A stretch of 64,000 nucleotides of DNA from Hydrolagus colliei. Taxonomy: Eukaryota. Below the pieces are notes generated by a model. The model worked only from the letters and a program-made list of their open reading frames with translations. It did not search any database and was not told the origin of the DNA. Positions 1-12,716 of this stretch are shown piece after piece (the stretch's first letter is position 1; each line of letters opens with the position of its first letter). Both the position numbers and the translations under genes were made by a program. The stretch lies in assembly GCA_035084275.1 (NCBI GenBank), contig CM068748.1, forward strand, positions 11,098,001 to 11,162,000, written 5' to 3'.

Positions 1-709
1 GCTGATGGCAGTTATGTCATCTATATAGGATTAAAAACCATCAAGCAGCCTGAAGACTGAGGAAAATGCTTTGCTGGATAAAAATCTTCAGAATATCCAG
101 GATGCCAGTGCTGACAGCCTACCAACAGCAGGCTGAACCAAATCACACCGGCAACATTCCAAGGAATTATAATCTCTGTTCAGCAGTTAATCAATAGACC
201 TTACAAAATAGGTAAAATAATTTATGTCTTTACTGGCAACTGGAATGCTAGTATGGACTCAAAAAAGTCCATACAGTGCTTGGTCTTACAAAAAAGCCGA
301 TCTGATCAGAGACAAATATGCATTCCTCCCTTGAGCAACAAAGATGCAGTTACATTTAGCAAAGTTGTAGCTACATTAAGCTGTATTCAATTTAAATAAC
401 TTAAGCTTCAAATATTCTATTATTTATAATTGTTAATATAGTATTGGCATATCTAATGTTAAATATATTGGATATAGATCAAATAGTGATTCTAGGAGGT
501 CAAATTAGCTAAAATGGATCCAAGGGCATTGCATTTTTGGAAAACAAAATTCAAAAAACATACGGTAATCATCCCTGAATCCTTAGAATAGCTTTCAGTC
601 ACTGGCAACTGTTATTGCTATAATGAATGATCTCTCATTTTGTAAACCACATTTTTGGATATTGGTACAGTATTGCTTAATAGTAGCTTTCAGTATGATT
701 CATATCTGG

Positions 710-1131
710 TGTCAGCTTGATTAAATTGGTAGCACTCTTGTATCTGGGTCAGAAAATTGTGGTTTTGAGCCCCACATCAGGACTTTGAACTCACAACGTA
801 AGATGACAGTGCTGGGTGAGTACTGCATTGTTGCAAGTACTATCCTTTAGATTAATAGTTGAAGCGAGGCCATATCTATCTGTTCAGGTGGACATTAAAG
901 ATTTCACTGCACGCTTCAAAAGAGAATGGAATTTCTCCCAGTGTTTCGGCCAACAATTCTCCAGATAGAATTGGTCTTTCACTTCATAGCTGTTTGTGAG
1001 ACATTGTTGTGCACAATTTGGCTGCTGCATTCTCCTACAAAATACAGTAGCTACACTTTTAATCGTTTACACAATAAATCCTATAAAGCACTGTGAGCTA
1101 CTATATAAAATGTAAAGCATATTTATTATTC
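710..1131 (+). mobile_element. Old Deu-domain SINE (SacSINE1/AmnSINE1-like)
   Basis: Degenerate tRNA-like head (ggtagcactcttg...gtcaga), Deu core (tcaggtggacattaaagat; gctgtttgtg...gtgcacaatttggctgc) and L2-like tail. Confidence 0.8.
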
Positions 1132-3520
1132 ATAAAACTAGAGCCTAGGGTTCTACTGTAAATTAGAACAATTCCATTATTAAACATCGAGAACCATTGG
1201 TCTAAAGTTTTGAAAGATTAACAATCTAACATTCCAATTGTTAGTCAGGTAGATTCAAAAAGGGTAAAAATAAAATTTCAAATAAAGACTGCTTACAGTC
1301 AGCATCAATTCCTTCACTATCTGACAACAGTTTTCAATCCGCTACCTTCCTTAACCCCGTGTATTCTAACAAAAGCAATCAGCAACGTACGTACATGGTA
1401 AACAAACCAATTTCTCAAATTTAATTCAGATGTGATTGAACATATGGAGTATGAACCACATACAAAAACTTGAGATGGATTAAATACAGTTTGATTTAAA
1501 GCCTACCTTTGTAGAATTAATGTTCCAAAAATGTAAACGTTTACATGGCATGAAGATTCCTATATACATCCACCTTACAAATGAATTGGTCTTAGAGATT
1601 CTTGTACCATTGATCCATGAGATTGTTATAGCTTGAGTAAGATAAACTCTTACCCTCCTTGATTACTGTTGCATCAAATATTTTCCGCTAATCAAAAAGC
1701 TGGAACCACATGGCCTTCACTGCAATTGGTGGAGTAAGTCAAAGCTCTGAAGATAATTACACAGCAAAAAGTATATCATAAACAAAGTCTGAATTCAATC
1801 AAAGATTTTAAAAATCCTATACTCAAGAACAAAATTCCATAATGTCATTGAGGGTAGACCAAAGGCTTCATCGTATTAGCAAACAGTAATAATTCCAGGA
1901 GTATTCTTCTAAGGATTTTCCAACTTTACGAGAAATGTGACACATCTGCTAAAGGAACAATAATTGTACGTTTAAATAAATACATTTTACAAATAACAGA
2001 TGGCTCAGAGAAACCACAATTTATGGGTGAAAAGTGATCATCATCACCATGAATCTAATCGTTTCTGCTTGGCATTCTATCCTTTTAAAGTGGAAGGTTA
2101 TTAAGATGCTAAAAGCATATCTATTACTGAAAGGAGAAGACCTTCAAAGTCTCTTCCGCTCTGTTCAAAAAGTGAATCATCTGTGAATAGTCCTGGTTGA
2201 AGCAATGCTAAATTTAACTGTCAATAAACTCGTTATGGGAGGAAGAGGTAGAGGTGAAAAGAGCTAGTATTTCACAAACTGAATCCAAGGACATATTGGG
2301 GTCTATATTGCAAAAACTTATGAACCATGAATCCTCCCTATACCCAGATGCAGCTCTCCGGCATGCCACTCGGGTGGTGATCTCAGTTCATTCAGCAGAT
2401 TGTGGCCACAGGGCTGACAGGAGATCCGAGTGAAACCCAAGTGGAATGTCAGCTTTACTACTTGTAGATGATTTTGTGAATCTTCCAAAATATGTTTCTA
2501 TTATCCATTGAAGAACACGTTCTGAAAGATCTGCACTCTTTGGATCAGTGGGAGTGGAATTGTGTAAGCCACTCTAAAAGGAGATAGGTTAACAGGATTT
2601 AAGGAACATTTTAATTTCAGGGAGAGTGTAAACAAAAAATAATGTTGGAAAAGATTGGACAAAGTCTAAATATATCAATCAGGCTTGATAAATATTATGC
2701 ATGCATTTTAGACAAAAAACAACAGAATTTGAATGTAAATACAGTATCAGTATCATTAAAATAAAATGTAAATGAATCACAAAGAGAACAAATTTAAATG
2801 TAAAAAGAGGAAACAGAATTGGGTGAGGGAAAGGTAGAGAACAGTCTTAGCATCAATCTAATTCCCAAAATTTTTAAGAACAGTCATCAATTCCAATCGT
2901 ATACATTTCAGCTTGAATAACATTTTATTTTTGAGCACTTGTTTATCTTAGCATTTATTCAAGAAATTTTTGTCAACTAACTGTTTTATTCCAAAAGTGA
3001 ATATATTATTGTTGTACAAAACTAAGTATACATAATGTGTGCATTAGGTATTTAAAGTTCTGTTTTTGAATGATAGTGCGAGCAATGTTGGGGAGAGTAA
3101 GCCCCCCCCAAATTCTCTACATGTTTCAATATAACATCCCAAGTCACTAAGATAACGTGATTTCAGATACGATGCTGCACTTATAATTTACGATTGTTTT
3201 CTTTCTGTTATATTTTACCCTGAAATATTTGTTTCATTAACGAGTGTGAATATCCCCACAGGAACTGTCTATAAAAGGTCATAAAATTCAATAATGTGAG
3301 GAAATCGTGTTAATGTACCATCGATAATTGTTACTGCAATTAATTGTGTGACTTCAAGTGGAAATGCTAATTTATCTTTACATGTGCATTTGTACATTAC
3401 ATACGTAATGTAAGCAAAATTCATATTCGCCTGCTAATTTCCAGTACTTAATACAGCAATAAAATGGCAAAAGGAATAGGATTTAATTAGACATACAACC
3501 TTCATTTACTGTTGGAAATA

Positions 3521-4243
3521 CAGTAGAAGCCCATTTATCCGGCACTCACGGGACCTGGCCAATGCCGGTTAAAGCACCTGCCGGATATTCGGGCGGCCCC
3601 CGGCCGAAAACCCACTACAAAAAAATTAAAGTTCTTTTAACACACACCATACACACAAGACTAAGTAATGGCAGATAGTGACAGAATGTTGTATTGGTGC
3701 TTGTTGTTGGGGCTGCTCTCTTGCGCTTCTCACCTTTGCTGGTTGGGATTTGTAGTCCAGCGATTCTTTTTGAATGGGGGGGCGCCAGGCGGGTGAAAAA
3801 AACGGCAGCGCGATTTTAAAGTCGCGCGACTTTACTAGCTGCAAGCCAAAGCCCTATACTCTAATATTGGCAAACCGAAATACTGCACCTGCGAGACAAT
3901 GTGGGTTATCGGCTAGAATTATCGGCTCGCCACTAGTATGACTTTAAAGTTTTTTCACCCGCTTGACGTGCTCCATTTTGGGCGGAGTCGCTGGACTGTA
4001 AACCTCAACCGCAGCATCATGGATTCAAGCGCAGCATCTACCAGCGGGAGGGCACGGGAAGTGGTTTTGATGGTAAGTGCCAATGAAGCATTCTGATGTT
4101 ATGTTATTATTTATGCATTTACAAATGTTCCACTGCTATTGTTCCGGATTAGTTCCGGTTCATCGAATTGAGACTTTTTTTTTGGCGTGCCGGTTATACG
4201 GAAGTGCCGGTGCATCGGGTCACGGATAAACGGGCTTCTACTG
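3521..4243. mobile_element. Tigger/pogo-like MITE, copy A
   Basis: TIR CAGTAGAAGCCC(A/G)TTTATCCG at both ends with TA duplication at 3519-3520 and 4244-4245. Inverted homolog of 13809-15248. Confidence 0.92.
3753..3998. mobile_element. Inner TcMar-type MITE embedded in copy A
   Basis: Own TIR (T)AGTCCAGCGATTC ... GAGTCGCTGGACTG|TA. The same insert is present in copy B (14052-14309). Confidence 0.7.
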
Positions 4244-4989
4244 TACAATGTTCAAATTATTATCACCATCAATACAATCCAGATCAATACCAACCCATAT
4301 GATTGAGTGTAAAAGTTATTTGGTGCCAAAAAAAGGACAGATATATCCAAAAGATATATCCAAACAGATATATCCCCCAAAAGTATCCAATGCTAACTAA
4401 AATGGATAATCCTGTTCAAGGCTCATACAAATTAACATTAAATTTAAAATAAAAGTTAGTACTGTAGGATATTTATCGCTGATTGTCTAGTGGTAATATT
4501 ATCTTAAGACTTTCATTCAGACAACCTTGAGTAAAATTAGAATCGGGATATTCGACAAAAGGCAAAGCTCCTGCAGTCTATGAGGTCATCAAATTTGTCC
4601 TTGCAGCACAAGTGCTTTTAGGGATTATGCCCACTTTGATGACCCCAACACTTTCCAGTGGGACAATACATTTTCTCATTCTGAATTAAAACCACACAGA
4701 AAATGTATTGGCATCAGTGAGCAATGGAACTTGAAATTATAATTGCAAACAGCTGTACAAATATCAACAGCACAGAATTATATTATCTATATTTACGAAA
4801 TTTGATCAGCTTTTAAAGAAAGGCAAACTCAACAGAGTAAATAACTCCCTTGCGCAGCTCACAGCACAAAAGTAAGCCTTTAGCTATTCATTCCTTCGTG
4901 TTTACAAAACAAAATTATCTTCCTGCTCAATATATCTTCTTTTCCTGTAAGGGATACATTTTCGAATACTTTAAAATTTAGTTTACACC

Positions 4990-5283
4990 AAACCAATGCC
5001 TCCACTCGGTTGGCGCAGACCTCCTGTTTGTCCCTCGTCTCCTATGCTCCACCATCAGCCTTCAGCCACTAGGTCCTGAGACTCTGGAACTCTCTCCCTC
5101 AAAATCTCAACCTTGCCCCCTCCCTTCCCACTTTCCATCCTCTTTGATCACGCTTACCATCACCTCCCCCTCTCCATCTGGCTCAGTGTCAAGACTCCGT
5201 CAGTCAAGCACTTCAGGACATTACCACACGTGAAGAGTGCTTATAAAAATGCAAGTAATTGTTGAAAATGCAAGTTGTTGTTG
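4990..5283 (+). mobile_element. L2 LINE 3' end fragment
   Basis: gccttcagccactaggtcctgagactctggaactctctccct (L2 ORF2 C-terminus) and tail gtgaagagtgctt...aaatgcaagttgttgttg. Confidence 0.75.
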
Positions 5284-6289
5284 AAAATATGGGTGGATAA
5301 TCACATGCCACTTTTAATCAAAGCCCACCCACAGTTACTTTGGCCCTCAATGTAATCTATACATGCTGTCTTTCACCTTATTCGTCTCATGTTGTACTTT
5401 CCGACTTTCATCTCACTACTAAACAGATTTACCAGTTTCTATTTTTCATTTGGTCCTTTTACATTGCTGCCAAGTCTTCCCACCTGAAAGAACCAAGTAC
5501 CGTACCATGCACTGCCCCCAAAATCTTTATATGGCTAATTGGGTGTGAATGTGATGTGATTTGCCCCTGCTTTGTTTATATATGGTTCAGGAGGTTTGAG
5601 AAGCAATGCTCCAGGAATAATATTAGTATGATTTTTATTCCATGATTCATGAATACAGTAAAGTATAGATAGAGTATACGTAATTGAAATATATTATTTT
5701 CTAACAAATTTGTTATTACATTATAGGTTTCACCACAGAAGTTTATTTTGCATTTTCTTACAAAGCCATAGTACTGTACCTTTAAGAAAAAAAATAGTTT
5801 CTCTCATAAATAAAAAAGCTCCACTCAACTTTGAAAGGCTCAGATACAAACCAATAGTTTAAGCTATTGCAACAGAAAAAGAAAAGCTCATGTCAGGTGT
5901 CTTTCGTTACCACTGATTCGTAACATGAGATAATTTTGCCCCTTGTCATGGATCTCTGCAACTCATGATTGGTATTATGACAGTCGAAGTGCATGACATC
6001 AATCCTGATAGCGTATCTGCAGACAAGTCATATATCATGCAACTGGGATGCAGAACTTAAACACCCATTCTCCATCAACTGAGCTAAGTGAATTGTAAAT
6101 ATAGGGCAATGATAAATCTCTGCTATGCACTTTCCAGCTGAAAAGTAACTTATGAGGAGGGGGTCGTGTATTAGAATGATTTATGGAGCCATCAGTGTGA
6201 AAAACAGAATGAAAATGATACTTACTAAAAGGTCAGAACAAAATATTCAGAACATTGACTAATTCAATAGATTTTCGAGGAAATAATAG

Positions 6290-6525
6290 AATGTATAAAG
6301 GGAATGCAGTGAATGCATTGTAAATAGATCTCCAAATGACTTTTGATAATGTGCCACATAAATTAATGCATATGATATGAAAAGATTGTATGGCAGAATG
6401 GAAAAAGGGATAGCCAAAGGACATGAAGCAGAGAATAATGGTAAAGTGATTACTTTTGCCTAGCAGCATGAATCACTGGTACAGTATATCCCAAGAGCTT
6501 GTGCTGGCTGGGTTCCCTTATTTTA
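6290..6525 (+). mobile_element. Degraded CR1 RT fragment
   Basis: Translates with stops to GNAVNAL*IDLQMTFDNVPH, a decayed copy of GSAVDVVYMDFQKAFDKVPH in the CR1 at 19304-20847. Confidence 0.65.
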
Positions 6526-6527
6526 TT

Positions 6528-6658
6528 CAAAACACAAAATACTACAGATACTGGAAATCTGAAACAAAAACAGAAGTTGCTGGGAAAACTCAGCAGGTCA
6601 GGCAGCAAACCTGCTACCTGACCTGCTGAGTTTTTCCAGCAACTTCTGTTTTTGCTTC
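6528..6658. repeat. Palindromic Penelope-like repeat (43-bp-arm hairpin)
   Basis: Arms 6565-6607 and 6612-6654 with 2 mismatches and a 4-nt loop. The motif tgctgg..aactcagcaggtcaggcagca resembles a common chondrichthyan Penelope-derived palindrome (recalled). Confidence 0.65.
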
Positions 6659-6791
6659 CCTTATTTTATTTATGTGTGCATCTACATATAGATAAATACC
6701 TAGATATAGGATACAGAGCATGGTATCTACAGTCAGTAATAATGCTAAATTAAACTGAGAAGATAAAGATAGGTTTGGGGAGTGTATAGAT

Positions 6792-7135
6792 AACAATCCT
6801 TGCATTCGACATTTCATGTCAGGAGGATGTCCCAAAGCCCTTATGTGAGCAAATACAGCAGTTACGTCCCACAAAACAGCCATGAAGTGAATGACAAATT
6901 TTATCTGGGGATTGTTAGACAAGGATAAACTGCGTTCATTTTTCAAAGAGTGCTGCAGGATGTTTAACATCCACCTAAACAGGCAAGAGGGACCTCGGTT
7001 TGTTTAATCAAAGGACAGCACCTCCAACAATGCAGTGTACCCCCAGCATCGCATTGGAATGTCGTGTTAGATTATGAGTTCAAATTCCTGATGTAGGGTT
7101 TGAACCCACAATCTTCTGACTCAAAGGCGACAGTG
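6792..7135 (-). mobile_element. Old Deu-domain SINE
   Basis: Reverse complement of the 710-1131 family (ttgaacccacaatcttctgactc; tttaacatccacctaaacag; tcccacaaaacagc). Confidence 0.8.
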
Positions 7136-7156
7136 TAGGCGACAGTGTAGGCGACA
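7125..7156. repeat. 12-bp tandem repeat (AGGCGACAGTGT) x2.6
   Basis: aggcgacagtgt aggcgacagtgt aggcgaca at the SINE head. Confidence 0.85.
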
Positions 7157-9055
7157 CACGTCAGCACATTTGAATATTTTATGGATTTGAACTTTGACGT
7201 TTAACATTTTGAGATGTATTGCAAAACAAACAAATTGTAGACATACAACCGTAAACAATATCATCAATTTTTCAAACCATTCTTGATGTTTGCAGAGTTT
7301 GAGGTTTCAAAGTTCAACAAGAATTTGTTTTAACAACAACAACTTCAATTTATATAGCGCCCTCCACTCCGGATGGCATCTCAGAGCACTTAAAAGAAAA
7401 TCTAATTAAAAAAAACTAATAAAAAACTTTTAAGAAAGCCTAACGTGCAATCTGTCAACTGCATTACTGTATTATGTAGTTCAATTAGAAATTACTGTAG
7501 TATCAAACCTTTGCTTTTATCTTAAACATCTCTTTTCATCTATATGTTCAAATAGATAAATATTTTATATAACTTGAATGTAGAAGTTCAAGCACAAGTC
7601 AATTGTTGATCTGGAGGTGTTAGGAGTATGCACTAGATAAAGAAACACTTCAACAGAAGTTTTTTGAACTGCCCTCACTACAGTTGTCTTCATCTCATCC
7701 TGTTATTTTGTTCCTATGCAACCTAGTCCTTACAAAAAAAAATCAAGCTGGTGCTGCAATTCTAATTAAGAAACTTAAATTATTTTTGTACAAAATTTGC
7801 TATTAGTTCGTAGTAGATTTACAAATTAGTGGAAACCTGAAGCTGAAAATCTGAGCAATTGATGTTTAAGCATCAAGATCCTTAAGGATTAAGATAGCTA
7901 TCAGAAGACATCGCTGAATCCTCAATAGCATTTTCCACTGACAAGAAAGAATGCCTAGTTTCTGTTTGTTTCCTGTACTAAAAATGATCTTATAAATATT
8001 TTCCATTGTAAATTGTTACAGCACTCTGTCAATCCTGTGTAACATTTTATACATTAAATGGACTGAAAGATACCTAGAACATGTACATTGAGGTTCACAG
8101 TATTTTTAGCAACATTGGATCTGTTGCTCATCACAGGGGATTTCAATTACAGGTTAACAATTTCCGTGCCTCTGTGCCTCCATTTTAGCACCACATAACT
8201 ATCAAGCATTAGACATAAAGAGGTGCAGATGTATTGCATAGCATTTGAGTTAGGACATATATAACACAATCTTAATTTATCACTATAAAACTATGTTGGA
8301 TATCAAACATAGTGCTGCTTATGTAATACGACTTATTTTAACAACACTCAATATGAAGTGATGCTATTGTTACGAATATGAATAGTCAGCAATTCAGACC
8401 AGCACAACAGTTGGATAATAAAAAAAAATGATCAGTGTCAAGGGGATTTCTTTAAGAGGATTAGCTTGAAAAGAAATTCCAATATGTATTACTTCAAACC
8501 ACTAACATTTGAACTGGTATTGACTGGCATATATTGAAAACAATTTGTTAAAAAAACGGAAGAAGTGACAAACATGATATATTTCACCTACAACAGAAGC
8601 TAGTTGTGAGGCATCTCCTAATAAGATAGGTTTACTTATACATGATTGAATTTTTTCAAGACCAGAAATAACATCTTGCATGTAGGATAACATATCAAAG
8701 ATAAATGATTCCCTTTTAACCTCTTATTATGATCAGATTTCAAATATGCAAACAAAAATAATTCTATACTGTACTAGGACTTCTCTCTATTATACCTCTG
8801 CTTAGAGAACTGTTTCTGTATTCCAATAAAGCTGAGGTCCAATAAACAGATCACTGGTCTGTCGAGTATTTGTTCATTTAATTAATTTAGCAATTCAAAC
8901 TTGAAAACGACAGAAAAACTTTTGCGAAGAATTCTAAAAAGTGCTATAGTATAGAAGTACAATGTGGGAGTGATTTCACTACTTTCATTATTACATTATC
9001 TCATTATATTTATTAAAACCTAGATAGTCATAGGTTTAAATTAAGATTTAAATTA

Positions 9056-9256
9056 CTGTAAAAGATTGTTTATCCGGCACCCGATCAACCGTAACTTCCG
9101 TTTAACTGGCATCGCAAAAAAAAGGTCCGCATTCGATTCACCGGAATTTATCTGGAAAAATGCACTTTTTTTTTTTTTTTTTTTGGCCAAATATCCAGCA
9201 CACGCTTTAATCGGCATTGGCCAGGTCCCAAGTGCCGAGTAAATGGGCTTTTCCCG
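9056..9256. mobile_element. Short internally deleted relative of the copy A/B MITE family
   Basis: TA-flanked with decayed TIRs. Shares tttaatcggcattggccaggtccc..gtgccg with the end of copy B. Confidence 0.8.
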
Positions 9257-10049
9257 TACTGAGATGAAGAATGCTATTCAGTGAATGTAAAGAGAAATTG
9301 TTTTGCTACGCAATAATTATTTGCTTACAGTATACTGAAATTACATGTTGTGTTAAATATAAATAGTGTATTGCATTTAATAGCCTCTTTCACTAAAAAC
9401 AAATGCCTCAACTAAATATATTTGTGCTTTGTATCTTAAGTAGAAAATGCATAACATCCACATGCATCACAAGAATAGTTTGCAATCTATTCAAACAGTG
9501 TTTTGCTGAAATCATAAGCATTGCGGTGGCTTAGAATGCCAAATCAATAAAGGCAAAAAAGGTGTACAAACACAAAAAGGAGAAAATTGATTATTACAGA
9601 ATGTTATTCATCTTCATGTTGCATCATAGTTTGAAGATCATGAATAGCAATATAGATTTTTTTTATAGTCATTGGTCAAAATGGAAACTTCTGGACTGCT
9701 CTGCCAATCAGGAATCCTTCTGGCTAAAAGAAAATCCTCTAGTAATAGAAACATATTTTCACCATTACATTTGTGATCTAGTTTTGAATCATGATTATAA
9801 TAGCTTCCCTTGATAGTTTAGACTGCTGATCAACTGAGTTAGCAAGGCTCGTTAATTCTTTTTGGTATTTTTTCCCAGTGACTCTTTCCTGACTACTGTT
9901 TGTCAATAAAAGTTATGATGCCATCCTGCTAGCTAACACGTCATACAATTCAGTATACAGAACTACGAACTAATACCCATAACCCTTGGCTTTAGCAAAG
10001 AACCAGCCTTTCTTTTCCATCGGTCTCTTATTGCTTTTCTCACAGATGA

Positions 10050-10520
10050 GTTAATCAGCTTAGATCAATAAAGTGTACTTTTGCATTGGAAGGGTTGGGA
10101 TCAAGCCTCACATCAGTATTTGAGTTCCTAATTTGGTCTGATAAACCAGTACTGTGCAGTACTCAGGCAGTGCTGCATTAGCACATATCAATTTTACAGG
10201 TGCAATGTTAATTGAAGGATGAGTTTATTTGATTTGGTGAATAATAATAATCCTTGCTTTTGGTGCAGCACCTTTCATGTTGGAAGGAGTTCAGATTGTG
10301 CTTCACAGGATATACTATAAAGTGTGCATTTTGTCAGCAATTGCAGCAGCCATTTGTGCACTGCAATCCCCCACAAACAGCCATGAAGTGAATGACCAAT
10401 TTTATTTGGGGATTATTGGAGAGGACACCCAGAGATATCCTTTTCGGGTGATAATTATAGGTCTCATAACAAGTTGAAAAGACAAAGGTGTTCTCCCAGT
10501 GTCCTGAACCAATCCTCAAT
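10050..10520. mobile_element. Composite of Deu-SINE pieces (+ copy interrupted by a - copy at about 10240-10470)
   Basis: Head and core on +, then aataataatccttgc...cccacaaacagc on -, then ttctcccagtgtcctgaaccaat resuming on +. Confidence 0.6.
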
Positions 10521-12539
10521 TTAACCTGTTAATCATCGCAGGGTATTTGCAACTCCCACCTTGATAAATAGGAATCTCATATGCCTTCAAACAGACTGTA
10601 ATTACCTGTATGAGGAACAGTATATCAAATGTAAGTATTATTACATTTTATAGTCACCTAATTGTTAGATCAAAAATCTTGCTTTGACATACAACAAACT
10701 TATAGATCTCCCTTTCTTTCCAGACACAAGATGCAAACTGTATGTACTTTTTTCTCTTGTACATCACTATTATATTTACTGGACTTCAAGTCACAAAAAC
10801 ATATTTTTATAGCAAATTAATCAATCTGAGATTGCCATTGATCCAAGTTTGCTGGTTTACTAATGGGAAAAATAGTAGTGGATTGACTCTGCTGCAATAC
10901 TGTATTTATTTTGCCATTGGAGGAATTATTTTAGATATCATATAAAAACTGGGGAAAAAAAGTCACATGAGTGAAAAATTAATTTTATATATAAATATAT
11001 ATATATTTAAATGCTTGCAAATTCTATCGGAGCATTAGAAAGTAAAGCAAAGCATTACGCAGTAGATGGAATCACTACACAAATCTATCTGATCAAAACG
11101 AGCAATTGCCACGAAACAGTCCGAATATTGTTCAGTAAAATCATTAGCACTGCAGAGGTTTTTGTCTGCTATACCACATATTTCATGTCTTCTGAATAAT
11201 GAATCAGTCTTGCAGAGGAACTAAGATCAGTGCAGAAAAAAAGAGGATTAGTTACATGATCTGCATAATATATATTTTGCAACAAGGAGATAGCATCATC
11301 AGCCTTAGAACATCACTGTATATTATTTTAATAACATTTAAATATGACATCTCAGCCAGGACATGGAAATCTAACCTTAATTAACCATTCTACTTTGAAT
11401 TCTGGCAAATATAACAACATTGCAGGCACCATTTTTCTTATTTTCTGTGTGAATGTTATATTAGTTATCCCTGCAAGCTGTTTTTCTAAAGTACTGTACA
11501 TATATTTCTTTCTTTATACTCAGGCAAACTCAGAAGATAAAGTACTGGAATTACAATAACCTTAATGAACTCATTTTGTAAGAGACTTACCTCAGATATA
11601 GACTAAATCAGTGACTAATCATATAGAGAACTATACTTCTTATGTCACTGCATCTTAATTCCATTACTATTACAAGATTACAAAGGTGAGAAATTTGCTT
11701 AAGCAATGAAATGTCTAATTTTTGAAACCAAACATTTGACACATTATAATGAGGTGTTAATCATAGTAAACATTTTATAAAATAGCTGAAATGTGAAATG
11801 AAAAGTTGTGCTCAGGTTCAATGACATTGAAATAGAGATGGTTTTGTAATGTTGCTTCCACGGAGACAATGTCATATCAGTTTGGGAAACTAGGATTGAA
11901 TCACGATCAATAGAAAGAAGAGTAAGATTGTAAATTTGAACAGTCTTCACCGAGTTCCAAGCAAACACAGGTTAGCACTAATTAACACTAAATTGGTATC
12001 TTCATTCAAAGAAGTCAGAAGAATGTCCATTATTGGAAATTTAACTGAGGGAAACTGGATTGAAAGCCAATTCTGAGGCAGTTAAGGAAGTTAAGATGTG
12101 CTTAATGTGGATAGTGGATACGGATAGTCAAACACACATTGATATCCTTCACTCTACCCAATAATGTCTCCCCAAAGTGAAGTAAGTTCTATTTTTGATT
12201 AAAATCCAGCATAATAAATAAATTTTATCAATGCTATTTTACATTTACATTTTATAGCATTATATATGCAGTAAGTGCAATAGATTATGGGAACAGTATG
12301 ACTACTATATCAGGTTGAACTGGAATTCCAGGTAGTTTTTCCTCGTTGCTCAGAGGAGTAACCAATTGTTTCTACAAAATACTACTTTTCCTGGTCCCAG
12401 CTCAAGTGCTTGGGTCCAGGACCACAAATTCTTCAAATTGACAACTTACAACATAAATGACACATAAGAATTTTTGTCTCATTGAAAGTATTGAACTGTT
12501 TGAATTCGTAATTCAATATTGACTATCAATAAAATTGAC

Positions 12540-12716
12540 TAAAATTGGTCACTCGATCCATCACTGTTGTGAAGACACTGCTTTATGCAATTAGCTGCCG
12601 TGTTTCGCCCACAAATGTAGTCAATTCACTTTACAGTATATTCTGTGACGTGCTTTGAGACGTCTTGAAGACTTGACAAGGTCCTATATCAAATGCTAGG
12701 ATAACTATTATTAAGA
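12540..12716 (+). mobile_element. tRNA-derived SINE, 3' half
   Basis: aaaattggtcactcgatcca...gtcaattcactttacagtatattctgtg...tatatcaaatgc, matching other copies. Confidence 0.8.

Noticed and set aside
2236-2575. Open frames of about 60-65 codons on both strands with an acceptor-like site near 2575
   Set aside because: No similarity to the expected next CCSER2 exon (MVQDCTAVK motif) or any family I recognise. That exon was not found in the window.
3665-4100. Diversity-generating retroelement (template/variable repeat pair with copy B)
   Set aside because: DGRs give A->N changes in coding repeats next to a dedicated RT in prokaryotes and phages. Here the changes are almost only A->G in a non-coding vertebrate MITE.
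4339-4390. Short direct repeats AGATATATCC (CRISPR-like?)
   Set aside because: Plain ~13-bp tandem duplication without spacers, in a eukaryotic context.
8502-8693. 63-aa minus-strand ORF as a possible exon
   Set aside because: No recognisable homology and weak splice signals.
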